Shown here piece after piece: positions 9,648-19,305 of a stretch of 64,000 nt of DNA. Both the position numbers and the translations under genes were made by a program. The DNA comes from Firmicutes bacterium HGW-Firmicutes-16 (lineage in GTDB: Bacteria > Bacillota > Clostridia > Oscillospirales > Oscillospiraceae). Below the pieces are notes generated by a model. It did no database searches, was not told where the DNA came from, and saw nothing but the letters and a program-made list of their open reading frames with translations. Positions within the stretch are counted from its first letter, which is position 1; each line of letters starts with the position of its first letter. The stretch is taken from contig PGZZ01000010.1 in the NCBI GenBank assembly GCA_002841545.1, forward strand, positions 1-64,000, given 5' to 3'.

Positions 9648-11114
9648 TTACTGATGATCCGCGCCGGTGATGTAGTTATAGAATGCGGCGTTTACATATA
9701 GGTCACTGGATTCAACCTTCAAATCAGGTGCTTCCTTTGCAACCACTGCCACTGTCTTGGCGACATTTTCAGGCAAACTGAAGGGATGGATGGAGTAGGC
9801 GCCATCACGAATCACGTTGTCCTTCAGAAGCTTGAAACTGGTGTTTTCCATCTTGACTGTGGAGGAGTAGAGCGGCTGCCACCAGGAGCCGGTCAGCAGG
9901 GGAACCGTGGGCTTACCGTCGGCATCAACAATGTTGTCATACTTTTTGGCGTAGTCCTCGATGACACCGTTGAAGGCCTCTTTGTCGGCGGTTGTGTCAA
10001 ATTCAAGCTTAAGGTCGTATTCCATAGCGTAGCACAGCCAGCGTCCGCCCGCAATTTCTTTGAGCTCGTAGGTGGGTGTTGCCTGAACCTTTGTGGGATC
10101 GCCCCACTCTACCATGTACTCGTAGATGGATACTTTAGGCTCCATCTGTACCTTAGCGTCAATGCCCTCGCTGTTGAGAAGGCCGATGAGCTGTACGGCG
10201 TGGGTTATGTCACTGTGGCCATACTGAAGGGTATATTTCGGGAGGAAGTTGGCGTTGTAGCCGTCATATTTCAGACCGTAGCCGGTGCTCGCGCCCTGAA
10301 TAACCAGCTGTGCGCCAAGTGCGGATAGCTTCTCATCGTCAAAGTTAGTGAAGGAATTCCATGTGGATTGAAGCTTTGCATAGATGTCGGAATCGCTGGC
10401 GTTGCCAAGGTAGTTGCGGCCCTTGCCGGCGACGTCAGAAGCGGCCATCAGCAGGGCGTCAGCGGTGGCGGCGTCCAGTGCAGAGCTGAAATTATAAGTG
10501 GACATGGCCATATCGGTGTCCAGTGCGGCGGCCACATAGGCGGCGTACGTATCGGAAATGCCTGTAACACCGTAAGCTGCCAGACGCTCGGCGACTTTAT
10601 CGACATCCACCGGAGCGGTATATGTAAGAGCCAGCTTCTCCATGCCAGCGGCGCAGACAACGGCCTTGACCGCTTCGGCAACAGTTAGATTTCCGGTGCC
10701 GCTGGTTTTGGATCCGCCGATTTTTACCAGAGCGGCGTCAAAATCGGTGCGGGAGACGGTTGCTGAGAAGGGGGCGATGCCAAAGTAGGTCTGCAGATAT
10801 TCGGCATTCTTGTCGTCCGCTGCATAGCCGCTTACATAAGCGGTGTTTGTTGCGGTATCCCATGCTACGTTCTTGCCCAAGGCCTCGCTCAAGGCTCTCA
10901 GAGGCAGATAGGTGGTACCGTTACTTGAAAAGACATCTACTGCTTTGCCGTTGATATCGGTTGGGACGAGCTTACTGTCGTCTAGGTAGACGGAGATACC
11001 GGAGTCCACCTGAAGGGTCTTCCTCACGAGACTTGCCGCACCTGCGGGTATTGCCAGAGTCAGGATCAATGCTGCGGCAATTATGCCGCTCAGAAAACGT
11101 GGGTGCTTTTTCAT
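9648..11114 (-). CDS. Secreted protein with an N-terminal copper-amine-oxidase-like (stalk) domain. The C-terminal region is of unknown function.
   Basis: The start was placed at MKKHPRFLSGIIAAALILTLAIPAGA (signal peptide, RBS AAGGAGC). The CAO-N-like segment is ISVYLDDSKLVPTDINGKAVDVFSSNGTTYLPLRALSEALG. Confidence 0.6.
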   Translation of the reverse strand: MKKHPRFLSGIIAAALILTLAIPAGAASLVRKTLQVDSGISVYLDDSKLVPTDINGKAVDVFSSNGTTYLPLRALSEALGKNVAWDTATNTAYVSGYAADDKNAEYLQTYFGIAPFSATVSRTDFDAALVKIGGSKTSGTGNLTVAEAVKAVVCAAGMEKLALTYTAPVDVDKVAERLAAYGVTGISDTYAAYVAAALDTDMAMSTYNFSSALDAATADALLMAASDVAGKGRNYLGNASDSDIYAKLQSTWNSFTNFDDEKLSALGAQLVIQGASTGYGLKYDGYNANFLPKYTLQYGHSDITHAVQLIGLLNSEGIDAKVQMEPKVSIYEYMVEWGDPTKVQATPTYELKEIAGGRWLCYAMEYDLKLEFDTTADKEAFNGVIEDYAKKYDNIVDADGKPTVPLLTGSWWQPLYSSTVKMENTSFKLLKDNVIRDGAYSIHPFSLPENVAKTVAVVAKEAPDLKVESSDLYVNAAFYNYITGADHQ

Positions 11115-11241
11115 TTGATTGTGCTCCTTTCTTCCCTTTGCTAAATTTATTGAAATCACGTCCTTGTGAAATTCAGACGTTACTCTTACCGCCACTGTTT
11201 TTTCTTACCGGAAGCTGGGTTCGCTCCCTAGTCAATCGGGC

Positions 11242-12033
11242 TTATTCTGTGGTTTCGCCCTTTTTTTTCGCCGTTGTCTCGGTTACCGAGATACCAAGCT
11301 CACGTAAAAAGCGCCGCCAACCGGCGTCCTCCAGCTGGTCGATGATAACGCCGCTAAACAATTCGAAACCGCCGATGCGGTAGAAATTAATCTGATCCAA
11401 TTTGGTCTGATCGACTACCAGATATCGACGCTTGGAGTGCTGCAGCATAATTCTCCGCAGTGCTCCGCTTTCCTCACTGCCATCGGTGATGCCTGCCTCT
11501 CGGTCTAAGCCACGACAGGAAACGAAGCACAAGTCGGCGTAGTGGCGACCCAGCAGCTCGCGAGCATCTTCTCCCGTAAATGACTGATTGCGTATGTCCA
11601 GTTTCCCGCCGGCCAATAGAAGCGTACTGCTCCGGCTTTCTGCAAATACTTGGGCGATCATTAGAGAATTGGTTACGACCATCACCCCCGTCATTAAGGA
11701 TAAGTACCTCGCAATGCTCAGACAGGTGGTGCTATCGTCGAGAAATACCGTGTCTCCTTCACGCACAAGACCGGCGCAAACGCGTCCTATGGTGTCCTTA
11801 ACATCGGTCAGGACGGACTCGCGTATGCTGGCGTCGATTTCGTTACGAACACCGTCGGGGACGTAAGCTCCGCCGTAAGTCTTAATCAATTTGCCCTCTT
11901 GCTCAAGAACGGCCAAATCCTTACGTATGGTTTCCCCAGTTACGTCGAAAAGAACGCACAGTTCCTTAACAATTACACTCTTATTACGGGTTACCAGATC
12001 CATGATCCGGGCCCGCCTCTCCGGAGCCAGCAC
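11242..12033 (-). CDS. DeoR/GlpR-family transcriptional regulator
   Basis: N-terminal HTH (MLAPERRARIMDLVTRNKSVIVKELCVLFDVTGETIRKDL) and a C-terminal DeoR sugar-binding domain. Confidence 0.85.
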   Translation of the reverse strand: MLAPERRARIMDLVTRNKSVIVKELCVLFDVTGETIRKDLAVLEQEGKLIKTYGGAYVPDGVRNEIDASIRESVLTDVKDTIGRVCAGLVREGDTVFLDDSTTCLSIARYLSLMTGVMVVTNSLMIAQVFAESRSSTLLLAGGKLDIRNQSFTGEDARELLGRHYADLCFVSCRGLDREAGITDGSEESGALRRIMLQHSKRRYLVVDQTKLDQINFYRIGGFELFSGVIIDQLEDAGWRRFLRELGISVTETTAKKKGETTE

Positions 12034-12535
12034 GGTTACTCACCTCCAAAAGGCTTAGAAGGCATTAGTTCTTGCTCTCCCGCCTGCTTAAATAATCGCG
12101 ATTTATGCTAAGTGAAAGAAATGTATAATCATATGCGGAAGTTTTATTGATATGCCAATCAAATCAAAGACAAAACAAAGTCTCTATAAATAGCAGAAAT
12201 GCAGCTATGATACTGAAGAATTGCAAAATAGTTTTTTAATATACCATTAATTGGAATAAATAATGCATTCGTTAGACATAATTCGAGCATTCTTGCAAAA
12301 GAAGCTTCGGACTGATAAGTTTGGATTTTCTTTTATTGTTATTATTATAAACTATATTCCAAAAAAATCAACCAAATTTCGGATTTATTTCCACATGATG
12401 TGCCTTTTATCAGGTATAAATAAACTGCCTATAAAAGTTTGTGCGGATTTTCATACGTGAACTGTGATTTCTTGCGCTAACAAACCTTTACAATAATCTG
12501 ACAGGGCCGATAATGTGAAATTTTATCTCTTTGTA

Positions 12536-12564
12536 TTGCATCACAATGCCAATTGGACTATAAT
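12536..12564 (+). promoter_or_regulatory. Sigma-A-like promoter for the NlpC/P60 gene
   Basis: TTGCAT, 17-nt spacer, TATAAT. Lies about 45 nt upstream of ATG 12610. Confidence 0.4.
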
Positions 12565-12609
12565 GATTGTAACAATTAGTAACAACTTGCAATAAATTGG
12601 TGATTAAAA

Positions 12610-13872
12610 ATGCTTAATACTTATTCAAATTCAAATCGGAATAGATCGTTATTAGCGGGACTTATGGTGTTCGTTCTGATGTTTACCATGATTCCGGCGC
12701 TTTTCGGCACGTCGGCTGAAGCCGTCAGTAGATCTCAATTAAATGCATTAAAGCAGCAGCAGGCTGAGCTTGCCGAAAAAAAGGCCGGCATGCAAGCTCA
12801 GGCAGATGCCTTGAGCGGCCAAGTGGCTTCACAGACTGAGAAGCTCGATCTTCTGGCTCAGCAGCTCGAAGTTACCAATCAGGAGCTCGAAGTCATATCC
12901 GAGCAGATTGCGATATATACGAACACAATAGCGCAAATGGAAAATGAGCTTGCCGCTGACAAACAGAAGGAGCAGCAGCTCATCGAAAAATACAGAGTTC
13001 GCTTGAGGGCGATGGAGGAAAGCGGGAACGCTTCATACATATCAATTTTAATAGGCGCCGGCAGCTTTCAGGATCTTTTGAGCCGTATAGACTCTATTAA
13101 GTCAATCATGGAATATGATAATAACCTCATCAATGAGGTTAAGGAAGCTCAAATCGCGGTCCAAAACGCAAAAGCGGACATGGAAGCCGAGATGGCTTCG
13201 CAGCAGGAAGCCTTTATAGCGTATCAGGAAAAACAGGCGGACCTTGAAGTGCAGAAAACGGAAGCTCAGGCCGTTCTGGACAGCTTGGCCGCTGATTCAG
13301 CGGATTATGAAAAACAGCTTGAATCCGTTAAAGCGCTGCAGTCGTCAATTAACGGACAAATCAGCAGTGTTGCGAGCGCTTTGGCGGAGCAGGAACGCAT
13401 ACAGGCGGAGCAAATTGCCTCAAATCAAATTTCCTCGGGCAACAGCGGCAGCAACAACGGCAACAACACCGGCTGGTATGGCGACTCGGCAGGGACAGGC
13501 ACCGGACAGGATATAGTCGATTATGCAAAAACCTTTCTCGGCGTCCCATATGTCTACGGCGGCACCTCTCCGTCAGGCTTTGATTGCTCCGGTCTTGTTT
13601 ACTATTGCTATAAGCACTTCGGCTACTCAGTAAACCGCACTGCGGCAGGTCTCGCATACTCTGGGACACCGGTGTCGTCGACTTCGCTGCAGATCGGGGA
13701 TATCATACTTTTTACCTCGACAGACGGGAGCTATGTTGGTCACACGGGGCTTTACATTGGCGGCGGTCAGTTCATCCATGCACCTCATACCGGAGATGTT
13801 GTAAAGATATCGAATCTTTCGGATACCTACTACACGAATCACTATTGGGGAGCAAGACGGGTTATTTCATAG
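12610..13872 (+). CDS. Secreted coiled-coil protein with a C-terminal NlpC/P60 peptidoglycan endopeptidase domain (CwlO-like)
   Basis: Signal peptide, long heptad/Q-rich coiled coil, and the C-terminal NlpC/P60 motifs GVPYVYGGTSPSGFDCSGLV and GHTGLYIGGGQFIHAP. Confidence 0.85.
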   Translation: MLNTYSNSNRNRSLLAGLMVFVLMFTMIPALFGTSAEAVSRSQLNALKQQQAELAEKKAGMQAQADALSGQVASQTEKLDLLAQQLEVTNQELEVISEQIAIYTNTIAQMENELAADKQKEQQLIEKYRVRLRAMEESGNASYISILIGAGSFQDLLSRIDSIKSIMEYDNNLINEVKEAQIAVQNAKADMEAEMASQQEAFIAYQEKQADLEVQKTEAQAVLDSLAADSADYEKQLESVKALQSSINGQISSVASALAEQERIQAEQIASNQISSGNSGSNNGNNTGWYGDSAGTGTGQDIVDYAKTFLGVPYVYGGTSPSGFDCSGLVYYCYKHFGYSVNRTAAGLAYSGTPVSSTSLQIGDIILFTSTDGSYVGHTGLYIGGGQFIHAPHTGDVVKISNLSDTYYTNHYWGARRVIS

Positions 13873-13975
13873 CATAATGTGACATACTTCTTTTAACGGT
13901 GTTTTCGGTTTTTCAAATACAAAATTTGATTTACGCTGATAGCTGGCATTTTTGTTTACTGATGAGGTAAGGCTT

Positions 13976-14326
13976 ATGCAGGAGAAAATCGGTGTACTAA
14001 CAATCGACGACTATATTTCGGCATGCCCCGAAGATATTCAACCAAAGCTTAAAGAACTGCGGCGGATTATTTCGAATGCAGAACCTGAGATGACTGAAAA
14101 GATTAGCTGGCAGATGCCTACGTTCTATCTTAAAAGCAATGTCATCCACTTCGCGGCACACAAAAAACACATCGGCCTATACCCCGGACCAAAAGCAATT
14201 GAGGTGTTTTCTCATAGACTTGAAAGCTATAAAACTTCTAAGGGAGCGATACAAATACCAAACGATACGCCTCTGGATAGGAATCTAATCAGAGACATCG
14301 TTAGGTTTAATATTGAAATTAGATAA
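13976..14326 (+). CDS. DUF1801 (YdhG-like) domain protein
   Basis: The pattern DDYISACPEDIQPKLKELRRII...ISWQMPTFY matches the DUF1801 architecture. ATG 13976 has a GAGGT RBS. Confidence 0.55.
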   Translation: MQEKIGVLTIDDYISACPEDIQPKLKELRRIISNAEPEMTEKISWQMPTFYLKSNVIHFAAHKKHIGLYPGPKAIEVFSHRLESYKTSKGAIQIPNDTPLDRNLIRDIVRFNIEIR

Positions 14327-14341
14327 TTAACTTGATTTAAG

Positions 14342-14380
14342 AGATCGGTGTTCTCAGTGAATACCGATCTTTCTTTATTT
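14342..14380 (+). terminator. Intrinsic terminator
   Basis: Stem agatcggt/accgatct followed by ttctttattt. Confidence 0.6.
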
Positions 14381-14427
14381 AGAATAATTCCGTTTTTCAA
14401 CGAAATACTATTTACGAGGTGAGCGGA

Positions 14428-14574
14428 ATGAATAAAGACAAATCGAACAGGCAAAAGCTGAAAGCGCATACACCGGAAAAAGTGGAACAAACGGGAAATC
14501 CTCAGTCCGATGAAGACCAAAACCAGCATCACAACGTAAAGAAAGTGTCGCTGGGTCCGAACACAAAACGCTGA
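14428..14574 (+). CDS. 48-aa hydrophilic basic protein, SASP-like minor spore protein candidate (MNKDKSNRQKLKAHTPEKVEQTGNPQSDEDQNQHHNVKKVSLGPNTKR)
   Basis: RBS GAGGTGAGCGG upstream of the ATG. Composition resembles minor small acid-soluble spore proteins. Not in the ORF track (under 60 aa). Confidence 0.35.
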   Translation: MNKDKSNRQKLKAHTPEKVEQTGNPQSDEDQNQHHNVKKVSLGPNTKR

Positions 14575-14589
14575 ACGGAGAGGACAAAT

Positions 14590-14829
14590 ATGTCAAAAGC
14601 AAGCGTATATTTTTCAGTAAAAAATCCGGTCGGAAACCATGGGACGAAGGAGCTTAAGCGTGAGCTTGATGCTCTGCATGGTGTGCTTTCTGTAAGTGTC
14701 AGTGACAGAAACGATAATATTGCTGTAGACTTTGATACTTCGGGCGTGAATCAGGATCAAATTAAAACACAGCTTGAGATATTGGGGTATGATATTACTC
14801 AAACGCATCTAGAAAATCACTTCATGTGA
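14590..14829 (+). CDS. 79-aa hypothetical small protein
   Basis: RBS GGAGAGG upstream. Tightly spaced with the flanking small ORFs, suggesting a three-gene small-protein operon. Confidence 0.4.
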   Translation: MSKASVYFSVKNPVGNHGTKELKRELDALHGVLSVSVSDRNDNIAVDFDTSGVNQDQIKTQLEILGYDITQTHLENHFM

Positions 14830-14845
14830 AATAGGGGAGAAGTTA

Positions 14846-14980
14846 ATGCCTAAGGACAGTCAGCCTGACAACAAAAAGGCCAGAAAAGAAAAAGCAAACG
14901 GACAAACACCTATAACTAAGGAAAATCAAAATCAAAACAGGAACGCAAAAAAACAATCCATTAAACATAATGATGTATAA
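14846..14980 (+). CDS. 44-aa lysine/asparagine-rich small protein, SASP-like candidate (MPKDSQPDNKKARKEKANGQTPITKENQNQNRNAKKQSIKHNDV)
   Basis: RBS GGGGAGAAG lies 6 nt upstream. It is followed by the hairpin aagccgccaaa/tttggcggctt. Confidence 0.35.
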   Translation: MPKDSQPDNKKARKEKANGQTPITKENQNQNRNAKKQSIKHNDV

Positions 14981-15162
14981 TTTTCAAAGCCGCCAAAATG
15001 AATTTGGCGGCTTTGCTATTGTATGATACAATTATAAACACTACGCAGGCACGTCGCAGTGATATATTGCTTATTATAGGGGAATATGTTTTTTAAAGCG
15101 GGAAAAGCGTAAAATAAGATATAACAATTTATACAACGGGGTTTGGCTGAGGGGAAAGCATA

Positions 15163-16914
15163 ATGAAAAAAGATCAGAGAGTAAAGCACGAATTTAATTA
15201 CTTGAAGAAACAATATCCGAGGTTTAAACAGCAGGCTGCGGAGACCAAAAACAGCAAGCTATGGCATATTGAGGCTGTAATAAGAAATAAAATCAAGGAC
15301 TTGAGAGCCTTGCAGTCGGCGAGCCTCGAAGACTACCGTCAGATTTATGACGGCTATGTCGAGCTGCTTGAGGATGTCTCGGTGCGCCTACTTTCACACT
15401 ATAATAAGATCAATAAAACGGAGTACGAGTTCAAGAAAATTGTTGGGGGCAATTTCAGGGCGTATTTGAATTCAGGAATAATCTCCGTGCTAGTAACGAA
15501 CCACATCCCAAAGATAGTTGCCGAAGAATTCGGCAGACTTCTGCCGGATAACCCGAAGGACGAGTACCCGCTTGCAAGAAAAATGAAACGAAAGTTTTTT
15601 CTTCATCTGGGTGAAACCAATACGGGAAAAACATATAACGCACTGCAGAGGTTAAAGCAAAGTAAAAACGGAGTTTATCTTGCGCCGCTTCGAATTCTGG
15701 CTTTGGAGAACTTTGAACGGCTGAACAAAGACGATGTCCCCTGCAATCTGCTCACAGGTGAAGAGGAAGTTAGAGTTGAGGGCGCAAGGCATTCGAGCTG
15801 CACTGTTGAAAAGGCAAACATACAGGAATTCTATGAAGTTGCCGTGATTGATGAGATTCAGATGACAGGCGATTCGCAGCGCGGAGATGCATGGACTCGC
15901 GCAATTCTAGGACTTTGCTGCCCTGAAATACATCTTTGCGGAGCGCTGAACGCAAAAGAACAACTAGTTCGAATGATTACAGACTGCGGAGATGAATTTG
16001 AGATAAAGGAATACTCCCGTCTTGTACCGCTTCAAACACAGGGGGCTCATGTGAAATTTTCCGATGTGCGAAAAGGGGATGCGCTGGTTGCGTTTTCAAA
16101 AAGGAAGGTTCTGTCGTATTCCGCATATTTTTCGGAACGCGGAATCAAGAACAGTGTAATCTATGGCGATTTGCCTCCGGAGGTAAGACGACTTCAGTAC
16201 GATGCCTTCATCAGCGGGGAGAATCATGTTTTGGTATCGACGGATGCCATAGGAATGGGCGTAAATCTGCCAATCAGAAGAATCATATTTACAGAAATCA
16301 AGAAATTCGACGGAGAGGAATTCCGCTATCTTACATCACAGGAAACAAAGCAGATAGCCGGCAGAGCGGGACGCATCGGGATATATGATGTGGGGTATGT
16401 GGCCTGCATGGAAGACGATATATCTTTTATAGAATCGAGGCTCGAAGTTCCGGATAATGAAATCGAAAAGGCCGTTGTCGGGCCGAGCGAGGCTATACTA
16501 AGCATCGGCATTTTACCGCTCAAGGAAAAGCTGGCGCTTTGGAGCACAAGAGAAGAAGCCTTGACTTATTACCGAAAAAAGGACGTTCGAGATTATATTC
16601 TGGTCTTGGACAAGCTTAGACCTTATAATCTGCCAGAAACAATTGAGTGGCGTCTTATGATGCTCCCGTTCGACGTGAACAGCGAAGCGCTTTTGAACCA
16701 GTTCATTTGCTTTGTGGAGGAATGCTTCACCTTGAAGGCTGAAAAGCTGTCGAAGCCCGAGCTGACGGCATATTCGCTTTCGAATTATGAAGAGTACTAC
16801 CAAAAGGTGAACCTCTACTATTCGTTCTCAAAGAGCATTAACCTTGATTTTGATGAGCAGTGGGTGTATGAGATAAGAAAACAGGTCAGTGATGAGATAA
16901 ACCGGCTTTTGTAA
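15163..16914 (+). CDS. SUV3-like superfamily-2 RNA helicase
   Basis: Walker A GETNTGKT and the SUV3 signature ...YLAPLRILALENFERL...CNLLTGEE, plus the helicase C-terminal domain. Confidence 0.6.
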   Translation: MKKDQRVKHEFNYLKKQYPRFKQQAAETKNSKLWHIEAVIRNKIKDLRALQSASLEDYRQIYDGYVELLEDVSVRLLSHYNKINKTEYEFKKIVGGNFRAYLNSGIISVLVTNHIPKIVAEEFGRLLPDNPKDEYPLARKMKRKFFLHLGETNTGKTYNALQRLKQSKNGVYLAPLRILALENFERLNKDDVPCNLLTGEEEVRVEGARHSSCTVEKANIQEFYEVAVIDEIQMTGDSQRGDAWTRAILGLCCPEIHLCGALNAKEQLVRMITDCGDEFEIKEYSRLVPLQTQGAHVKFSDVRKGDALVAFSKRKVLSYSAYFSERGIKNSVIYGDLPPEVRRLQYDAFISGENHVLVSTDAIGMGVNLPIRRIIFTEIKKFDGEEFRYLTSQETKQIAGRAGRIGIYDVGYVACMEDDISFIESRLEVPDNEIEKAVVGPSEAILSIGILPLKEKLALWSTREEALTYYRKKDVRDYILVLDKLRPYNLPETIEWRLMMLPFDVNSEALLNQFICFVEECFTLKAEKLSKPELTAYSLSNYEEYYQKVNLYYSFSKSINLDFDEQWVYEIRKQVSDEINRLL

Positions 16915-16922
16915 GCGCATTA

Positions 16923-16960
16923 TTAACTTTTTAGAGGACGGATAGGCTTTGCCTATCCGT
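16923..16960 (+). terminator. Rho-independent terminator
   Basis: 15-bp stem agaggacggataggc/gcctatccgtcctct followed by ttt. Confidence 0.75.
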
Positions 16961-17048
16961 CCTCTTTTCGCTCGTCATTCAATAAAGTCAGACAATCAGG
17001 CATCACACATTTTACAAGAAATTAGTGCAGCTTATTGAAAGATGGTGT

Positions 17049-18533
17049 TCACAGGTTCCCCTGAAACACAGTATCCGTATCCTTGCATAAGTACTGAACG
17101 GCCTTGCGCCCTGTTTCAAGAGCTACCGGCAGTCCGCCGGGACTTGTCAAGCGCTGTCCGGCGAAGTAGACGTTCTGAATGCTTTCGGGTACAGACGGAT
17201 AGTTCGCCTGTTTTTCTCCCTTGCCCATTAAGGTCATCCACGAGCCCTTGTAGGAATTCAGATAGCGCTCATAGGTAAGAGGTGTAGCTACGTCCCATAC
17301 AGCGATTTTTCCGGCAGTCTGTGGATATTTCTTTGCAAGAATTTCAATAAAGGCTTCCGCAAGCTTTTCTTTCTCAGTCTGATATGTACCGTTTTCTTTG
17401 CAGCTTTTCCAGAAATCGTAGCTGTCCCCGCCGACGATAGACGTGACGGCGGTGCAGCCCTCCGGAGAGTAACCCTTATAGCCTGCATAGTTGCAGAGCC
17501 CCACATACGGCTGCTGTATACTGCCGCACACCAGAGGCTCATCTGGTACAAAGGCTATTCTTTCCGGCAAATCAGACAAATCAGCCTCTACGCCCAGGCA
17601 GATAAATGTGTCGAGCATCGGCTTAGTGTTTTCGCGCATTTTTTCCGCCCACGGTTCATGGATAGGAGCCTCGAACAATTTGTCGATTGCTACAAGAGTG
17701 TCCTGCGTAACGATTACCGCATCTGCTGGAATGAGCTCCCCGTTAATAATAACGCCATTGGCTACGCCGTTTTTGACAGATACTTTGCTTACGGGTTTAC
17801 CGTATTGTATAAAACCGCCGAGCTTTTCAAGATTCTTTGCCATACGGTTTGCCATGGCGAGTGAACCGCCCAAGGGATAGCCGCCATCACCGGATGCAAG
17901 CGTTGCAAGAGTGAATATTAGGCCTGTTGCGGCATATTCGGGGCCTATGATATTCTGAATGAAATGCCTTAAAATCGGACTTTTAAACCGTTCGGCATAT
18001 TCCTTCACCGACTGTTTTCCGTAATAAGACATGCGGGGAAATGCGGGCAGCATTTTTATAATTGACGATATGGGCATGGAGGCTTTGTTCTTTACCTTTA
18101 CGCACTTGATATCCATTACGGGCATAGCAACCTTTGAAAATTTCTTAATATCCTTGCACAAGCTGTCGATTTCCTTTTTATCCTCTGGCGAAAGTTCAAG
18201 GAAATGCTTGTGGAGCTTCTCTACATCACGGTAGAGATACGCCGTTTTGCCGTCAAGGTCAAAGGCCAGAAACGGGTCGACGTTATAAACGGGAACACTG
18301 TCGTCCAATGCGCCAACTTCATGCCACAGCTTATTCAAAGGGACTTCTTTAGATGACCCTGTCAACCAGTGCATACCGCCCTCGAATAAGTAGCCTTTTC
18401 GACGCCAGCTTGTGGAGGCACCTCCGGGTATAGTGTGACTTTCATAAATTGTCACGTCAAAGCCGCTCTGACGGGCATAAATTCCTGCGGTAAGTCCGGC
18501 GATTCCTGCGCCGACAACAACAATTTTTTTCAT
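17049..18533 (-). CDS. FAD-dependent oxidoreductase, phytoene-desaturase-like family
   Basis: Rossmann dinucleotide motif MKKIVVVGAGIAGLTAG...YESH..PGG at the N-terminus. 494 aa. Confidence 0.75.
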   Translation of the reverse strand: MKKIVVVGAGIAGLTAGIYARQSGFDVTIYESHTIPGGASTSWRRKGYLFEGGMHWLTGSSKEVPLNKLWHEVGALDDSVPVYNVDPFLAFDLDGKTAYLYRDVEKLHKHFLELSPEDKKEIDSLCKDIKKFSKVAMPVMDIKCVKVKNKASMPISSIIKMLPAFPRMSYYGKQSVKEYAERFKSPILRHFIQNIIGPEYAATGLIFTLATLASGDGGYPLGGSLAMANRMAKNLEKLGGFIQYGKPVSKVSVKNGVANGVIINGELIPADAVIVTQDTLVAIDKLFEAPIHEPWAEKMRENTKPMLDTFICLGVEADLSDLPERIAFVPDEPLVCGSIQQPYVGLCNYAGYKGYSPEGCTAVTSIVGGDSYDFWKSCKENGTYQTEKEKLAEAFIEILAKKYPQTAGKIAVWDVATPLTYERYLNSYKGSWMTLMGKGEKQANYPSVPESIQNVYFAGQRLTSPGGLPVALETGRKAVQYLCKDTDTVFQGNL

Positions 18534-19162
18534 TATAATTTCCTCCTTATAATATCAACAACCCAATCACTTTCGGGGTAAGGCATATCCGGTTGCATAG
18601 CCATTTGCTCTGCAATTCCCTGAATCGCGCACCAATATGCAATTGCAAGCGCGTCTGGATTGCCTTCCCGAATGCTGCCGTTTTCCTGACCTTTTTGAAT
18701 AAGCAGGGAAGTCGGCGTATAAATATCAAAGCCTAGAAGCATTTCCTTTACGTTCTGCGGTGCTGCATCGTTAAAAGCTGCCTGACTCATCAAAACAAAC
18801 ATTTTTGCAAAAAAAGGTTCAGTTTGCAGATAGTAAAATAGCTGCTTTGCAGTATCCTCAAAGAACTCCAGCGGTTCTTTATCGGAGGGAGCAACGGTTT
18901 GCATGGGACCCATAATCCCAAGCTCTATTAACTCTTCGTATAGGCTTTCTTTAGATTTAAAATAGTGAAATAGAAGTCCCACACTCATTCCGACTCTCTC
19001 GGCAATATCGCTGATTTTTGTGGCGGCGTAGCCCTTGCGGATAAACAGGTCAAGGGCGGCTTCAAGAATTTCTTCACGGCGCTTTTGTTTTTGATCATCA
19101 CGAATACCCAAATTGTTGAACCTCGATTCAATGAACGCATATTCAATATATACTCGATGCAA
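18533..19162 (-). CDS. TetR/AcrR-family transcriptional regulator
   Basis: TetR HTH KGYAATKISDIAERVGMSVGLLFHYFKSKE. Its stop overlaps the downstream oxidoreductase start. Confidence 0.7.
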   Translation of the reverse strand: MHRVYIEYAFIESRFNNLGIRDDQKQKRREEILEAALDLFIRKGYAATKISDIAERVGMSVGLLFHYFKSKESLYEELIELGIMGPMQTVAPSDKEPLEFFEDTAKQLFYYLQTEPFFAKMFVLMSQAAFNDAAPQNVKEMLLGFDIYTPTSLLIQKGQENGSIREGNPDALAIAYWCAIQGIAEQMAMQPDMPYPESDWVVDIIRRKL

Positions 19163-19220
19163 ATGAATTTGTCAAGAAAAAGCTGAACACTTTTTGTAAT
19201 TCGTTTAGCTGCAGACAGCC

Positions 19221-19272
19221 ACACAAAATTCAACGCCCTTGCGCCAGTCGAATATGACGCAAGGGCGTTGAA
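19221..19272 (-). terminator. Rho-independent terminator (minus strand) ending the symporter operon
   Basis: 15-bp perfect inverted repeat ttcaacgcccttgcg/cgcaagggcgttgaa, followed on the minus strand by UUUUGUGU. Confidence 0.75.
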
Positions 19273-19305
19273 CTATTATTTGCAAATCAATGAAGAATGA
19301 AAGGG

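Noticed and set aside
12263-12460. 65-aa ORF in the 575-bp AT-rich deoR / nlpC-P60 intergenic region. Also considered a c-di-AMP (ydaO) riboswitch ahead of the NlpC/P60 gene.
   Set aside because: The ORF has no RBS and a low-complexity product. No ydaO-like conserved helices were recognisable by eye. Needs a covariance-model scan.
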